Origin: Histomonas meleagridis 2922-C6/04-290x
Taxonomy: Eukaryota; Protista; Parabasalia
Reading direction: 5' to 3'
DNA length: 64,000 nucleotides
Assembly: GCA_020184695.1 (NCBI GenBank)
Contig: JAANOX010000034.1
Coordinates: 372,001 to 436,000 of the forward strand
Below are positions 11,301 through 22,634 of the stretch, in pieces (position 1 is the first letter of the stretch; each line of letters starts with the position of its first letter). The position numbers and the translations under genes were made by a program. The notes under the pieces were generated by a model. It did not search any database. It saw only the letters and a program-made list of their open reading frames with translations, and had not been told where the DNA came from.

Positions 11301-14300
11301 TTTTAACTATTTTAGTAGCAGAAGATATATAAATTTTTAAGATTTTTTTGATTAATTTTTCACGTAATTTATGACCAAATATTTCAAATGAATCGAATTT
11401 GATTTCCATTTTGTTTTTATATTTTATTTTTCTTGATATTAAAAACAAATTCTTATAACAAAGTTTTAATTGTTGTAAGTTTAATCCTTTAATTTGTTGT
11501 TTAAATCCTGGGTTTTCTATATAAAATATTTCAGGTATAAAACTTTTTAATGGAAATGTTCGAACTAATTTTTGATAATAAATTGTTGGAAGTAATATAA
11601 AATATTTTATATTATTCTTAAACTTTTTATATAATAATGATAATATAATTTTTGTTGAATTTTTCATGTTATTATCACATAACATATCAATTAATTTTAT
11701 TGTAATACATTTATTAGGATCTGTAATTAAATTAAATTTGATTTCATTCATTAAATATTTATATACATTGATAAATAATTGTGGTTTAATTTCATTGACT
11801 TTTTTACATTTTTTAATTAATTTCTCTTTTGTAATTTTATTAGAACGATAATAATTAAATAAATTATTCATTAATTCATTAATGTTTAAATCATTTATAT
11901 AATGATTTTGTATAGTTTCAATTATAATATCTTTTAATTCTTTATCAATTCCAATATCTTTAATATTTATTTCATTAATGTTCATATTTAAAATATAATT
12001 CATATTATTAAAATGATAAAAATTATTATCATTTTTCATTAAATGAAATGCTAATAAAAATGATAAATATATTGACTTTGTTAAAAGTATAATTTCATTA
12101 TTCGAATTATTATTTTTCTTATTATTATTCACATCGAAATTCCCAACATTATAAAAATATGATATTAATTCATATGAATATTTCGTCTTTTTATAATAAT
12201 GTCGTAATAAATGTACAATCTCTGAAAACGTTTTATATGAAACTGATGAAATAAATCGTTGATAACTCCAATTATCATTTTCATATTGCTTAAAATCAGA
12301 TTCAAATTGACGGTATAAATAGTCCATAAAGATAATGAATACATTTGAATTAAGTCCTTCTTCACTATTAATATATTGGAAAATTATTTCACGTAATAAT
12401 GTTAATGCTTCATCATCATGTTCAAATGATGTCTTTAATGCTATAGAACATAAATTATTAATCGATTTCTCAGTTAAAACTTTAACTAAACATCGTGACT
12501 TAGGTAAAAACTTGAAAATCATGTTTTCCATGTTTTCTTTCTTTTCATCTTTTTTCATCTTCTCGGAATTCCGTTTCTCTTCTTCATATAGACATGATAA
12601 TGCAAAGATCTTCTCGAGAATTATTGATGTGAGTTCTTTATCGCCACTACAAAACGCATCTAATGATGATAATATAGTATATGATATTTCATTGATATAA
12701 AAACTATAACGTTCATCAGAGAAATAAAGATTAAACTTCTCTAAGAGATCTTGAAGACCATATTTGCCTTGGAAATTATGATTTGAGATGTCAAGACTTT
12801 TTAGATAATTATCTAAAAATATGATGATTGCTTGAGATGTGTTCCGATTGTCTCTTTCGATAAACCCGCATAGTATTTTGATCGAATCTTTGTCTAATGG
12901 CGTCCATTGATCAGAATGAGTTAATGGTAATTTGGATTCTGAGCCGATGAAACGTGAGGCTAAAACAGCTAATGCTTTACTATAGACATTAACTACGTCA
13001 TCATAGGTACTTAGTGATGGTTTATCAAAATCTTCTTCTGGAGTTGAAAATCCAACCATCCAAGGTGGTAAAGTAAATAATGAATCCATCATTACAAACT
13101 GTTGGTCATAAATTAGGCAATGTGATGGAATAGTCTTATCAAAAAACCATGATTTTAAATTTGGAGCATTTGATAAAACTACATCATGTTGATGAACACC
13201 AGTACTAACTAAAAAGATTCTACATATTGTAATATTCTCGGATGTTAATATAAAACTTATATAAGTCCCATTTGTTGCTATTAGAGCCTTGTTCTTAAAC
13301 CGTTGAGGAAGTAGTTCGGTAAACGGTCGTTGTAGTTTGTTTTTGCCAGGCTTCAAATAAACGTTCTTCACAAACAAGATGCAATCAAGCTCAAGTTTGA
13401 ATACCTTAAGTTTTGGACTATCGCTAAATAAAACAGAATAAAAAAAACGACCATCATCAACTACAGGAGGTGTAAACTTATCGGCCATATTCATAATATG
13501 ACCTGCATGTGATATTGGTGTGGAATATGCAAAATTAGATGAATGATCAATTAAAAGTGCAGGAACAGAATCAGAACAAAGAATAAGAGAACCATTTTGG
13601 ATGGTTAACGAATATGGTTCATCAGGAAAATTAGGTTCTGGTGGAAGAGTTATTTGTCTAATTTCATTAATTTCACGTTGTTGAAGTGGTATGGCATAAA
13701 TGGTTGGACCTCTACAGCCAATGTAAACCGTTGTTTCGGTAGTAACAATTGCTGTTGTTGAAACTGGAATAATATTATCAATTTTAATTTTTTGTGATTT
13801 GGTGGGTGAGTAAACTTCAACATCTGTAAGGGGTATAGAAACCCTTGGAACCACCTCAAAGTTAGGATAAAATAAAGGTGGAAGTTCGGAATTAAGTAAT
13901 AGCTTAATAGCTTGTAAAGAAAGCTGCTTTTCTTCTCTTGTAAGTTTAGCGCTCCGAGGAGGTGGGTCACTTAATAACTTCAATATCCATGAAAGTGTCA
14001 TGATATATGTGCAAAAACATAATTTCAATCCATATTGATTATTTGAGAAAACAGTTTGTGTTTGTGCTGAAACAAGATACATTGGGATCATTACAGGTGT
14101 AATATTTTGAAGTTTCAAAAAAAATCGTTTTAATTCATCTTTTGAATTTAATGTTTGTATTCTATACGTATTACCTCCCGTCTTACTTAAATTGAGGTTG
14201 TCTTGTTCAGAGTTTGTATTTGATGACTTTTCTTTTTGATTATGTTGTAACAAAGAATTAGATGCTTGAAGATTCGATTCGTTATCAAATTTTACAAGAA

Positions 14301-14382
14301 TTTCATAAGCTTTTTTAATGTCGTCGTCGCTTGCTAGTTTTGGAATATTTTCCAATATGAAATCCTCATTTTCTTCGGTCAT
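8329..14382 (-). CDS. Giant 2017-aa protein with a degenerate C-terminal HECT-like lobe
   Basis: Uninterrupted 6-kb ORF; C-terminus FFEFASKFSKNELVEAVTG...IVVGQFDGVDEMLSELMKMI resembles the HECT C-lobe, but the catalytic TCFN motif is absent. Confidence 0.75.
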   Translation of the reverse strand: MTEENEDFILENIPKLASDDDIKKAYEILVKFDNESNLQASNSLLQHNQKEKSSNTNSEQDNLNLSKTGGNTYRIQTLNSKDELKRFFLKLQNITPVMIPMYLVSAQTQTVFSNNQYGLKLCFCTYIMTLSWILKLLSDPPPRSAKLTREEKQLSLQAIKLLLNSELPPLFYPNFEVVPRVSIPLTDVEVYSPTKSQKIKIDNIIPVSTTAIVTTETTVYIGCRGPTIYAIPLQQREINEIRQITLPPEPNFPDEPYSLTIQNGSLILCSDSVPALLIDHSSNFAYSTPISHAGHIMNMADKFTPPVVDDGRFFYSVLFSDSPKLKVFKLELDCILFVKNVYLKPGKNKLQRPFTELLPQRFKNKALIATNGTYISFILTSENITICRIFLVSTGVHQHDVVLSNAPNLKSWFFDKTIPSHCLIYDQQFVMMDSLFTLPPWMVGFSTPEEDFDKPSLSTYDDVVNVYSKALAVLASRFIGSESKLPLTHSDQWTPLDKDSIKILCGFIERDNRNTSQAIIIFLDNYLKSLDISNHNFQGKYGLQDLLEKFNLYFSDERYSFYINEISYTILSSLDAFCSGDKELTSIILEKIFALSCLYEEEKRNSEKMKKDEKKENMENMIFKFLPKSRCLVKVLTEKSINNLCSIALKTSFEHDDEALTLLREIIFQYINSEEGLNSNVFIIFMDYLYRQFESDFKQYENDNWSYQRFISSVSYKTFSEIVHLLRHYYKKTKYSYELISYFYNVGNFDVNNNKKNNNSNNEIILLTKSIYLSFLLAFHLMKNDNNFYHFNNMNYILNMNINEINIKDIGIDKELKDIIIETIQNHYINDLNINELMNNLFNYYRSNKITKEKLIKKCKKVNEIKPQLFINVYKYLMNEIKFNLITDPNKCITIKLIDMLCDNNMKNSTKIILSLLYKKFKNNIKYFILLPTIYYQKLVRTFPLKSFIPEIFYIENPGFKQQIKGLNLQQLKLCYKNLFLISRKIKYKNKMEIKFDSFEIFGHKLREKLIKKILKIYISSATKIVKIENNFYISCIRTGDYNVIYYLLKVLNLEEFNEEIYTFIINLIGNYLNRKTNYFLQKDNNIIHYQCIFLLINFLKNKIIEQNLKFLEYFEKLLNNPTNEFIMTFYAITNNHIDVFRPFINIKFLYNGFNVKGKIKEITSTQFKLYNNKETFNIQNISNIKIIQKNKFEAKYLKKYYTEIYNIFNNSNNSSFKYSSLYEFIKDETFRTNFINNNSNIININELYYTNFEFFNILKRFTNSYLISFIKIPTFSFNYKVPNSNGSIKTNDINGEIISFMENIETYSTPIHPYNDLLLNIKLQCGKLYLIVNQLTKNCCYKSIKFEISNEFILNINSKLKVININNENIIKINSECEMIYFYLEITSKTFGNYNIKINEILEIDNLNKYKNVELIKEGIEFMPNVISKLYRNKYIEITELQLSSYFKEKILTYYTKNPKIFVENLNNFCKYLLCLMNKLNINEEIINLKDINTKKLQIYNFIKEILLYIRNDENVFIDFINHLINHIKTNELYLENIKSTITILLYICNDSKIFYEKLEIIKKIVENSNFNSLKNLINGLLPKNVNNGNDQNNEWFIKNYPNIYHQNINYDNDEIYFYLNSSLNNFPLKNYLINYLEATSFVSYIVPINQKIVNFQNSPQNENEFIFLSINDTTTTENYEFDISNDPTFCKLICKIKLNSFVILPPYSIYVKPNSNNYDVKRAQFSYRTFIANEEKISNQIKKQVFEWKPLYSIELLCSFEPDQISIDTYKSNPLSSIFEYKVLLFYNSLLRRLSQNSNRTIFSNIHLLNNNYKLLSFEDRLIQFRSLYPKYNDYNFDDLIQNINNMKKHEKAAIYGLIFGNPQKIELDFGLCQKICYLNSKSNLRKIFCAVSGVNENSFEMNVLQFRENICVCNDIDDNVINYINVKSENVRDMFKKFFEFASKFSKNELVEAVTGKWGNTNETINVYEIEEKNVLKCENEANAIVVGQFDGVDEMLSELMKMIQNEIERKTGL

Positions 14383-15018
14383 TTCTTGGTATCAAAGAAA
14401 ACTGCCAAAACCGTAGATCAATATTCATTTCCATTGACTTTTGCATATAAACGGTTTTTAATATTTCAATAATTTATCCAAAAGTAGGATTATTTAATTC
14501 TGATATCTTTTTAAATGCCTTCAAATTCACATTGTAAATGTATAATTCAACAATTAGAATATGTAATATATAAACTGATTTATACGTTGACAAATACTTT
14601 CGCTTCGATGATTATACCGATAAAAGATTAACATAAGCATTAACATATTATACATCTGTTCAGTATTGATAATTAAATGATTCATAAATGAAACATTATT
14701 TTTTATAATATGATTTATAGATCAAGAAATATTTTTTCTTTAAATGCGAAAATAATTAATATAAGAAATCATTTATTAACATGCATTTATTAAATGACGA
14801 AAAAAAATCAATGAATATCTATATGAAGAAATTAATCATGTTTATAAGAAGTTAATTCTGATGTAGAACAACATCGAATTATTTAAAAATTTTACATCAT
14901 GATGTTCAAATTTGAATTTCATGAAATTCAATATTTTCTTTTGAATTGTTAACAAATTTTTGCGCATAAAAAATAAAGTACGCAAATTTACAAAAATGAC
15001 ATTTAGATATATTTACAA

Positions 15019-15600
15019 ATGACAGAACTGAAGGGATCGAGAACAGAGAAGAACTTAGCAATTTCATACGCTGGAGAATCAATGGCAAGAAATAGGTATA
15101 CCTTTTTTGCGAGTATTGCAAAAAAACAAGGTTATGAACATATTGCAGCAATTTTCATTGAAACAGCTGAAAATGAAAAAGAGCATGCAAAGCGTTTCTT
15201 AAAGTTTCTCAAAGGAACAGGTGCACCAATTCATGTTCAATGTGAAATTCCAGGATCATTTTTTGGATCAACTCTTGAAAACTTGAAACAAGCTGCAGAT
15301 GGAGAAAAAGAAGAGCACATGCAAGGGTATCCTCATATGGCTGCAATTGCAGAGCAAGAAGGTTTTCATGAAATTGCCGATCTTTTTAGAAAAATTGCAG
15401 CTGTTGAACGCGAACACGAAAAAAGGTTTAGAATTCTCATACAACAGTTTGAGGAGGGAACTGTTTTCAGAAGAGATCGTGAGGTTGAGTGGAAATGTAG
15501 AAATTGTGGATACATATTTAGAGGATTTGAAGCACCAGAAGAATGCCCTGCTTGCGGGCACAAGCAAGGGTTTTTCGAGGTGAGGGAAGTTCTCGAGTAA
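15019..15600 (+). CDS. rbr: Rubrerythrin (bacterial-type di-iron peroxidase with C-terminal rubredoxin domain)
   Basis: GESMARNRY, ENEKEHAKRF, EREHEKRF di-iron ligands; WKCRNCGY...CPACGH rubredoxin knuckles. Confidence 0.95.
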   Translation: MTELKGSRTEKNLAISYAGESMARNRYTFFASIAKKQGYEHIAAIFIETAENEKEHAKRFLKFLKGTGAPIHVQCEIPGSFFGSTLENLKQAADGEKEEHMQGYPHMAAIAEQEGFHEIADLFRKIAAVEREHEKRFRILIQQFEEGTVFRRDREVEWKCRNCGYIFRGFEAPEECPACGHKQGFFEVREVLE

Positions 15601-16089
15601 ACAATCAATGAATTGGGCTTGTCTTTTGATAAGACAAGGAAATAATAAAAACAATAAAAGGAATAAAAGGAAAGTATTATTTAGATAATATTATGTTTTA
15701 GTGCTCAACTATTGAGACAGCCAAAAATAATTTAAACGTTCATTTCTTGTCGGTTTAGTTGTGAAGAAAGACTTTTTAGCCCATAATTCATCTCTCGGTA
15801 AAGCAAAAATAGTCAAACAAAAAAAAATGTTACAAAATTGTATTTGCTATAAATATATTCAAAGAAATTCTTGTAAGAAAATATCAATGAGATCTAAACG
15901 CATATTCAATGATTCCCAACATAATCGAAACTTTATGATGTCTCACAAGAATGTTCATTACGTATTCTAAAAAAATGAAATTAATTTCAAATGTATGCAA
16001 TTTAATCTTAATGGCGAGATAAAAAGAAAAATACTTTTATACAAAAGTACCACATGATAAGCAAAACAAAAAGCTTGTTTATTTCTAAA

Positions 16090-16731
16090 TCACATCGTCC
16101 TGTTGTTAAGGTTAAACAAAATAATCGTTAATATCTTTTTCATTTCCAGGCAGTTGTGACATTGTAACTGCATCTCCGACTTTTGTGAACCATTAAATCC
16201 AATTTCAAAGCATTGTGCTTTGTTGTTCTCAATTGATTTTGCATATAAAATTTTACTATATGGGAACACGGTTACATCAGTTGGAGATTTTCCGGTACTG
16301 AAAGATACACCACCTGGTGAAGCAGAACAGTCAATACTTTTTGTACGAAGTCCACCTTTATTTTTGAAAGATGCTTCGTATGAGATGAAAGATATTCCTT
16401 CCTTGACAAGGCTAGCCCAACTCTCCTTTCCCTTTTGAAGCGAATCATAAAAATCAATAATATCAAAATGGTTATTTGTTGTGAATTTATATTCCATTCC
16501 ACCTGAATATGAATTCATTTTGATAAGAATACAAGTACCTGTGTTTTCATTTATAGGCATTGGTTTAATTTCAGCAAAGCCTAGATGAATAATTAATAAT
16601 GGATCTTCTGTTGATTTTTGTGAGATTTCAAGCCAGTAGTCTTTCACCACAGCCCATCTTAAAGTTTGTTTTGTCTTTTTTGATTCACCACTCATATATA
16701 GATACCAACCCAACATTGTTGTGGTTTCCAT
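16090..16731 (-). CDS. PH-domain-like protein, 213 aa
   Basis: GWYLYMSG...LRWAVVKDYWLEI...IIHL pattern and terminal helix of a PH fold; possible second PH-like module. Confidence 0.6.
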   Translation of the reverse strand: METTTMLGWYLYMSGESKKTKQTLRWAVVKDYWLEISQKSTEDPLLIIHLGFAEIKPMPINENTGTCILIKMNSYSGGMEYKFTTNNHFDIIDFYDSLQKGKESWASLVKEGISFISYEASFKNKGGLRTKSIDCSASPGGVSFSTGKSPTDVTVFPYSKILYAKSIENNKAQCFEIGFNGSQKSEMQLQCHNCLEMKKILTIILFNLNNRTM

Positions 16732-17025
16732 CTCTCAATTGAGTTGTCAAAAAAAAAAAATTGCACTTTTTGAGTAGCGCATCGTGTTAAACAGTTATCA
16801 AAAGTGTGGGAAACGTCTAAAATCACATAAAATTCAGATTGATCGGTTTCGTCGTTTTTTGGCTATGTGTTGCAATCTGAAGTTTGCAAGTTTTTTTTTT
16901 GGTGTTCATCGTTTCTTGTACTAGGAACACCATATAAGAAAAACTTACACTGGAGCTTCAAATCTATAATGAAGATTCATTGATAATATTTGTTATTTAT
17001 TAAAATTGATAACCTTATCAAAAGT

Positions 17026-17856
17026 TTATAAGGTTGACTGTGTTGAAAGAATTGTGTATCCAAATGTCTTCCTGTTGCTCCTATTTTTACGTACAAAGTA
17101 AACAATAACTCCCGCTATAACCAATATTGCAACAATTAAAATAAATATTCCAAAACCTGATCCCTTCGAAGGTGGATCATTAAATTTTATGAACCCTTTG
17201 AAAGGCATTGATGGTTGTCTGATTTCATTTCCACCTCTTGTTTGAGATGATCCTCTAAGCGAAACATAGTTAGAATCACCAGGATTAGTTATGGAAAGAA
17301 GAAGTTTACCTGTTTCCGATGTTTTAGACTCGGCGCTACCTGTGATTGTTTTTGATCCAACTGATAATGAATTTCCATCTTGAAGTTCTACGTTATAGTA
17401 GATTGAAAATCTACTTGGTATTGCAAACATTATGAGTGTGTCTTGCTTTTTGTTAAGTTGGTATTCTTTTGGTGAATCCTTTGAAAAAGTTATTGATTCA
17501 CCTGGAATATTTGTAACCCAACATCGATTGACAATATCTGTTGGAACGCATACTGCCCAAAATGATAAAGATGTTACATCGTCGCCATGAAATTCAATTT
17601 GAGCAAAATTCTTTATGAAAATATAAGGAAGCTTGTCAGTTATAGTCCAGGTAGTTGATGGTTCATCTCCCATATTATTCATTTGTGATATAGTTATCTT
17701 CATTCCGACGTAAGTTCTGAAAACAACTAATAGATTGGGAGATTCCGATTGAATAACGAGAGGGTCTTGCGGGTCAAACCCTTCTGTGTAGAGTTTCGGA
17801 GATAAATCAACATTTAGTATTTGTGAGTAGCAAAGTACAGACAAAAGCAAAAACAT
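17026..17856 (-). CDS. Type I membrane/surface protein, 276 aa
   Basis: Signal-peptide-like MFLLLSVLCYS, TM helix FGIFILIVAILVIAGVIVYFV, basic stop-transfer RKNR, short tail with YTIL. Confidence 0.8.
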   Translation of the reverse strand: MFLLLSVLCYSQILNVDLSPKLYTEGFDPQDPLVIQSESPNLLVVFRTYVGMKITISQMNNMGDEPSTTWTITDKLPYIFIKNFAQIEFHGDDVTSLSFWAVCVPTDIVNRCWVTNIPGESITFSKDSPKEYQLNKKQDTLIMFAIPSRFSIYYNVELQDGNSLSVGSKTITGSAESKTSETGKLLLSITNPGDSNYVSLRGSSQTRGGNEIRQPSMPFKGFIKFNDPPSKGSGFGIFILIVAILVIAGVIVYFVRKNRSNRKTFGYTILSTQSTL

Positions 17857-18323
17857 TTCTGGTTAAGTCGGTTTTGCCATTTGAAACGCGTCAAATTATT
17901 CTATCGTTGTATATAGAACATTGTAACTTTGTATTACCCAAAAAACAAAAATAATTTTCTATGTTATATGTAACATTTCTTTTATTAAAAGTTTTTTTCA
18001 TCAAGAAGTAATGTTCGGACCTACAAGCATATGCTTTTGTTCTTCTTTGCGTTTCTTCTTGTAATAGTACTATTCTCTACCTTATCTGAAGATGTGAGAA
18101 CAATTATGTTAACATCTATTAACTGTCAAGCTGTTACTAAATTTCAGATATGTTAATTGTAATAACATTATCAATAAGATTTTTTTGCTTAAATTTTTAA
18201 AGAAAAAGAAAATTTCATTAAAAAAACATTCTAATTTTTAATATTATCCATCAAAAAACAGTTTGCAGGCATCCCGTTCATTATGGGGTACACCGTTTAC
18301 ATATTCAAGTATGGTGGCCGCCG

Positions 18324-20201
18324 ATGGCCGGGCACTTTATGGAAGCTGATGAAAAGGGGTTCGAATTTACGGCATCTTTTCTTCCAAAATCTCCAAAGTT
18401 ACAAAAAGCAATTCGTTTCCCCATCAAGGCAGCTCTCCACCCATTTAATTCAGAAGTAAAACCATTAAATCAAAAATTAGATCTTTGTCCAAGATGTAGA
18501 TCTTTTTTGTTTAGAGATATAGAAAGACCTAGGATCTGCCCTTTTTGCGAACTTACGATTAATGATTCAAATCAACCAACAAATTCAATATATACTATAT
18601 CTGAATGGAATGCTTCAGAACCAGATCCTCCTAAAAAAATAATTTTAATTGATGCTTCTCCTGTTTCAGTTGCATGTGGTTTTTATGAGGCGGTTATAAA
18701 TAATTTATCAAAATCAATTCCTCATGATTTTACCAATTTCGTTATCGGTTCATATTCACAAGATATTGCTATCTTGGATAACAAAGGAAATGTTTTAATA
18801 TTCCCAACATTTGATGAAATTGAATTTCCACCAGCTGCATTTCATTCCCATGTTCCAAGTGATTTTTCACCACTCCTATCTTTCAAACATCAAAAAACAT
18901 CAGACCACTTAAGTATGCTTAATTTTGCTCAAAATATTGTTGGGATTCATGGGAAGATTATTCTTCTTTTATCATCATTTCCCAATGGGCATAATCCAAT
19001 TTCAACAACCCTTGAACTTACTAAAGTTGAAACCACTAATCTCACTCCAGAGTGGTTGAATCTTCAAGACTCATTAGCAGACAAATTTATTCAACTTGAC
19101 ATTCTTGCTCACCCACCTTTTGGTGGATCCATAGACACCATTCTCTTCCACAATCTTGTTAAACCATTAAATGGGAACTTCACTTACATCGAAAGTGCCA
19201 CAAATATTTTAAACGTACTGCGCAACTTTTTCAATACGTTTGTTGTAGCGGTTAAATTCATCTGCCCCAACTTTATACAAATTGATGGTGGCGAGTCACA
19301 TGGGTATGTATCCAAGAAAACATTTACCGCTAATTCACAGCGCCTAAATGTTATCTCAATGGAGATTGTAAGTGAGACAAAGCTTCAAGTTGCTCCATTT
19401 CAAGCGATTGTTAGTTATCGTAACTTTAATGGTGTTGTTTCAATCCGAGTTTTTACCAAAGTTGTATGCCTTTCAGATGATGTACATGTCCTAACTCAAT
19501 CAATGAATCAAAATGTAATTATGAGATCAATTGCATATGATCTTTTAGATTGTTATATGACCAAAAACTTAACAATTGTTGACATCAAAGAAAGAGCAGT
19601 TACAGCTCTTGCTTCAATGTTTAAAGGATACAAAGAAAAAGGAAAGAAAAAACATTTATTAATTCCAAAATCACTTCAAAAATTACCAATGCTATGTTTA
19701 GGCATATTGAAATCGTCTATCTTTTGTTATGGAGTACAAATGTATGAAAGAATTGGATTAATTAGCAAAATGGAAAAAATGTCAGTTGATGAAATAACTG
19801 AAATTTGCATTCCGCAGTTATATGAAGTGACCGATTATGTATTGAAAAAATCGGAGTGCCCCAAAAAGTGCCAACTTTCAAAACAAGTACTAAAATCAAC
19901 AGATATCTTCTTAATGTATGATGGCTTTATAACTTGGGTATGGGTTGGGAAAAATATAGAACAAAATTTATGTCAAAAGTTATTTGATTGTGACGAATCT
20001 TTTTTAATTGAAGAATTAAACAAATTAGAAAATGAAGAATCAAAAAGACTCTTCGAATTGATAAAAGGTACAATAAATTTATGCGTAGAAGATAGGTTTG
20101 GGCATAGTTCGTTCTTGAATCATTTGATTGAAGATGAAACCGTCGACCAACCGTCGTATCGGCGATTTCTCATTGACATCGGATCGAAACTAAATTTATA
20201 G
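18324..20201 (+). CDS. SEC24: Sec24-like COPII coat subunit
   Basis: CPRC...CPFC zinc finger, vWA trunk, KLPMLCLGILKS helical domain, gelsolin-like IFLMYDG...WVGK, terminal LIEDE...SYRRFL. Confidence 0.85.
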   Translation: MAGHFMEADEKGFEFTASFLPKSPKLQKAIRFPIKAALHPFNSEVKPLNQKLDLCPRCRSFLFRDIERPRICPFCELTINDSNQPTNSIYTISEWNASEPDPPKKIILIDASPVSVACGFYEAVINNLSKSIPHDFTNFVIGSYSQDIAILDNKGNVLIFPTFDEIEFPPAAFHSHVPSDFSPLLSFKHQKTSDHLSMLNFAQNIVGIHGKIILLLSSFPNGHNPISTTLELTKVETTNLTPEWLNLQDSLADKFIQLDILAHPPFGGSIDTILFHNLVKPLNGNFTYIESATNILNVLRNFFNTFVVAVKFICPNFIQIDGGESHGYVSKKTFTANSQRLNVISMEIVSETKLQVAPFQAIVSYRNFNGVVSIRVFTKVVCLSDDVHVLTQSMNQNVIMRSIAYDLLDCYMTKNLTIVDIKERAVTALASMFKGYKEKGKKKHLLIPKSLQKLPMLCLGILKSSIFCYGVQMYERIGLISKMEKMSVDEITEICIPQLYEVTDYVLKKSECPKKCQLSKQVLKSTDIFLMYDGFITWVWVGKNIEQNLCQKLFDCDESFLIEELNKLENEESKRLFELIKGTINLCVEDRFGHSSFLNHLIEDETVDQPSYRRFLIDIGSKLNL

Positions 20202-21353
20202 ATATATTGTTTGAATAAATACGTATACTAAATCAATGTGTTATTAATTTTTAATGAAAATTTTCAACATTTTTATTCATTTTAATATCATACAAATTTA
20301 GAGATTTTTCTCTTTTCTTAATGTATTCCATGAAATCATCAGAAATTAATCACTTTAAACTTCGTATTACCTTCTTCCATGAGAAAAACATTTTCTTTTT
20401 ATTCACTTCATTATAATATTTTTATAGTTATTATATTTGATACCAAATAGTTATGATGACATCCATTTTAGCGATCATGGCCAACGATCACTTAGCAAAC
20501 AAAATCTCGTAACGTGCTCAATCTTTTGAATTAATTTTGATCGGCATTTAAAATGGGAATGATTTTAATAGAGGTACCGCGGCAGAAAACGGTTATTGAC
20601 ATTTTGGCCTCATGGCTAGTTAACATGATAAATTATATAAGCTTTATTTGATAAAAACATGCTTTTTCCCGAAATTCGTCCTGACAATTTTGTGATATTT
20701 TTATTTTAATACTTGATACGATAAAATAGAAAATTGAACGCATTTTTCGGTTATAAAATTAGAAGCTCTAGTAATGTCAAATTACTAAGGAAGCTCTAAT
20801 TATCAAAAAAACAAGTAAAATATTAAAAATACTATGTTTTTTACTATTGACTAAATGCTATTAATTTGTATAATATTTGATTACCAGATAAAATTTCAGG
20901 AATATTAAAAGTTTTACTGGGATCTTTTAATATTATTTGTGATATAATGCTTATAATCCATATTAATCCAAATTTTAATTCATTATTGTTTTTGAATTCA
21001 TCAAAACTATGAACCTTTGCAAGAATTTCGAGACTGTTGGCAATTTGCCATAATGATACTTGTGAATCATCAGTTATTTCTTCAATACTATGATGGCTAA
21101 TTGATGTTCCAGCAATATTCATTCTTGTTTTGATTGAAGTATTTAAATCATTCATGAATGTTACTGATATCGAACTTTTTGCAATATGAGATTTTATTCT
21201 GTTATAATCATCATTTCCACACACCCTACTAACATTTCCAAAAAAGTAGTCTAATGGATGTGATGAATGCCTTTCTGTTGCAAAATGATCTAAGCCTTGT
21301 TCAAGTAACCAACGAAAAGAAACTAAGGTATTTAATAATTTCATCGAATAATA

Positions 21354-22634
21354 TAGGGTGGCCGATAAGTAACCGGAATTTTGATGTGTGTTGAATTTCG
21401 AAAAAAGTATATAAATAAAAAATTATTGTTTATTGAATGTAGTTTCCATTATTATTAGCGATACAGGCTTCAAGTCGACGTATCCATTCAAAAAACGAAG
21501 ATTTATAAAAATCTTCACTTTTCGAGGCGAAAAATTCTTTAATGGCTTCTGTTAGATCATCTTCTGTTTCAAATTCATTTCCAGCATAAGAATTCTTCAT
21601 AGTTCCGAACAGGTTAAAATCGCATATAGCTAGATCGGGTGAATATGAAGGATGAGACAGAATAATGAGGCCCGAATGTCTGAGATACTCTATAACGGTC
21701 TTCGCCGAATGACAGGGTGCATTATCGTAGTGCGCCTAGAGCTTGTGTTTCATATTTCTTGATTTCTTCATAAGTTCAGAACCTTCGATATTCATTAAAA
21801 TGTTATTTATAAAATAATTGGCGTCAATTTTAACGTGTGTTGGTTTGACGTCAATTAATTGTACCCCCTTTCCATTGACAAAAATTGTAAACATCGTCTT
21901 TTTTGAAAAATGGGTTTCTTCGACCCTTTCTTCTAGATTATCTACATCGACTACCCACTTACTTTTATATTGGTAGCGATAAATGAACCATGATTCATCC
22001 CCTGTTAATAAGAATTCGAAGACTGTTGCTTCTTCTTGTTTAATAATTGGGATAAGAATCTTCGCCAATTTTACTCTGCAACTTTTTTGTTCGGGGGTTA
22101 AAAAGTGCGGAACCCATCGAAGATTCATACATTTATATCCCAATGTTTGAGTAAGATGCCTTAATATTGTATCATGTGTTACATGTAACTCAAGTGCAAT
22201 CTTACGAGATGAATAGAATGGCTCCTTTTTGAGATGATCCTGGATTGAGACGATTAATTGTTCGTCTATCGGTCTTCCTTCCTTAGGCAGATTATTTAAA
22301 TCTTTTCTGCCCATCTTTATTTCTTTAACCCAAAAATACACTTGGGTTTTTGAGAGGGCTTCGTCCCCATATACATCTTTGAGTTCCTTGACTATATCAA
22401 GAATCCTCATGTTTTTGCGTAGAAGATACATGATGACGTACCTTTGTTCCATCTGCTTAACGTACAATTTTTAACGTACAGTGGCCGTTTTTAGATTTTT
22501 CTCTATGATCTAAAGGAATTAAATTCTCAAACTCATAACAATAAAAATAATTTATACAAGCTATTTATATATATATTTATTTTGTTGATAAGTATTATGT
22601 GGGGGGAAATTCCGGTTACTTATCGGCCACCCTA
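21354..22634 (-). mobile_element. Tc1/mariner (DD34D) transposon, 1281 bp, full length
   Basis: Perfect 28-bp TIRs TAGGGTGGCCGATAAGTAACCGGAATTT (21354-21381 and 22607-22634); TA duplication at 21352-21353 and 22635-22636. Confidence 0.95.
21430..22452 (-). pseudogene. Mariner transposase with one in-frame TAG (21736-21738)
   Basis: ATG 22452 (MEQRYVI); WVPH, TGDESW, then past the TAG HYDNAPCH...YSPDLAICDF to TAA at 21430; 34 residues between the second and third Asp. Confidence 0.9.

Noticed and set aside
16824-16881. Crossed inverted repeats CACATA/TATGTG and TTCAGATTG/CAATCTGAA (pseudoknot topology)
   Set aside because: Short AT-rich stems with a 22-nt inter-stem loop, a single instance, located in a probable promoter; chance is likely.
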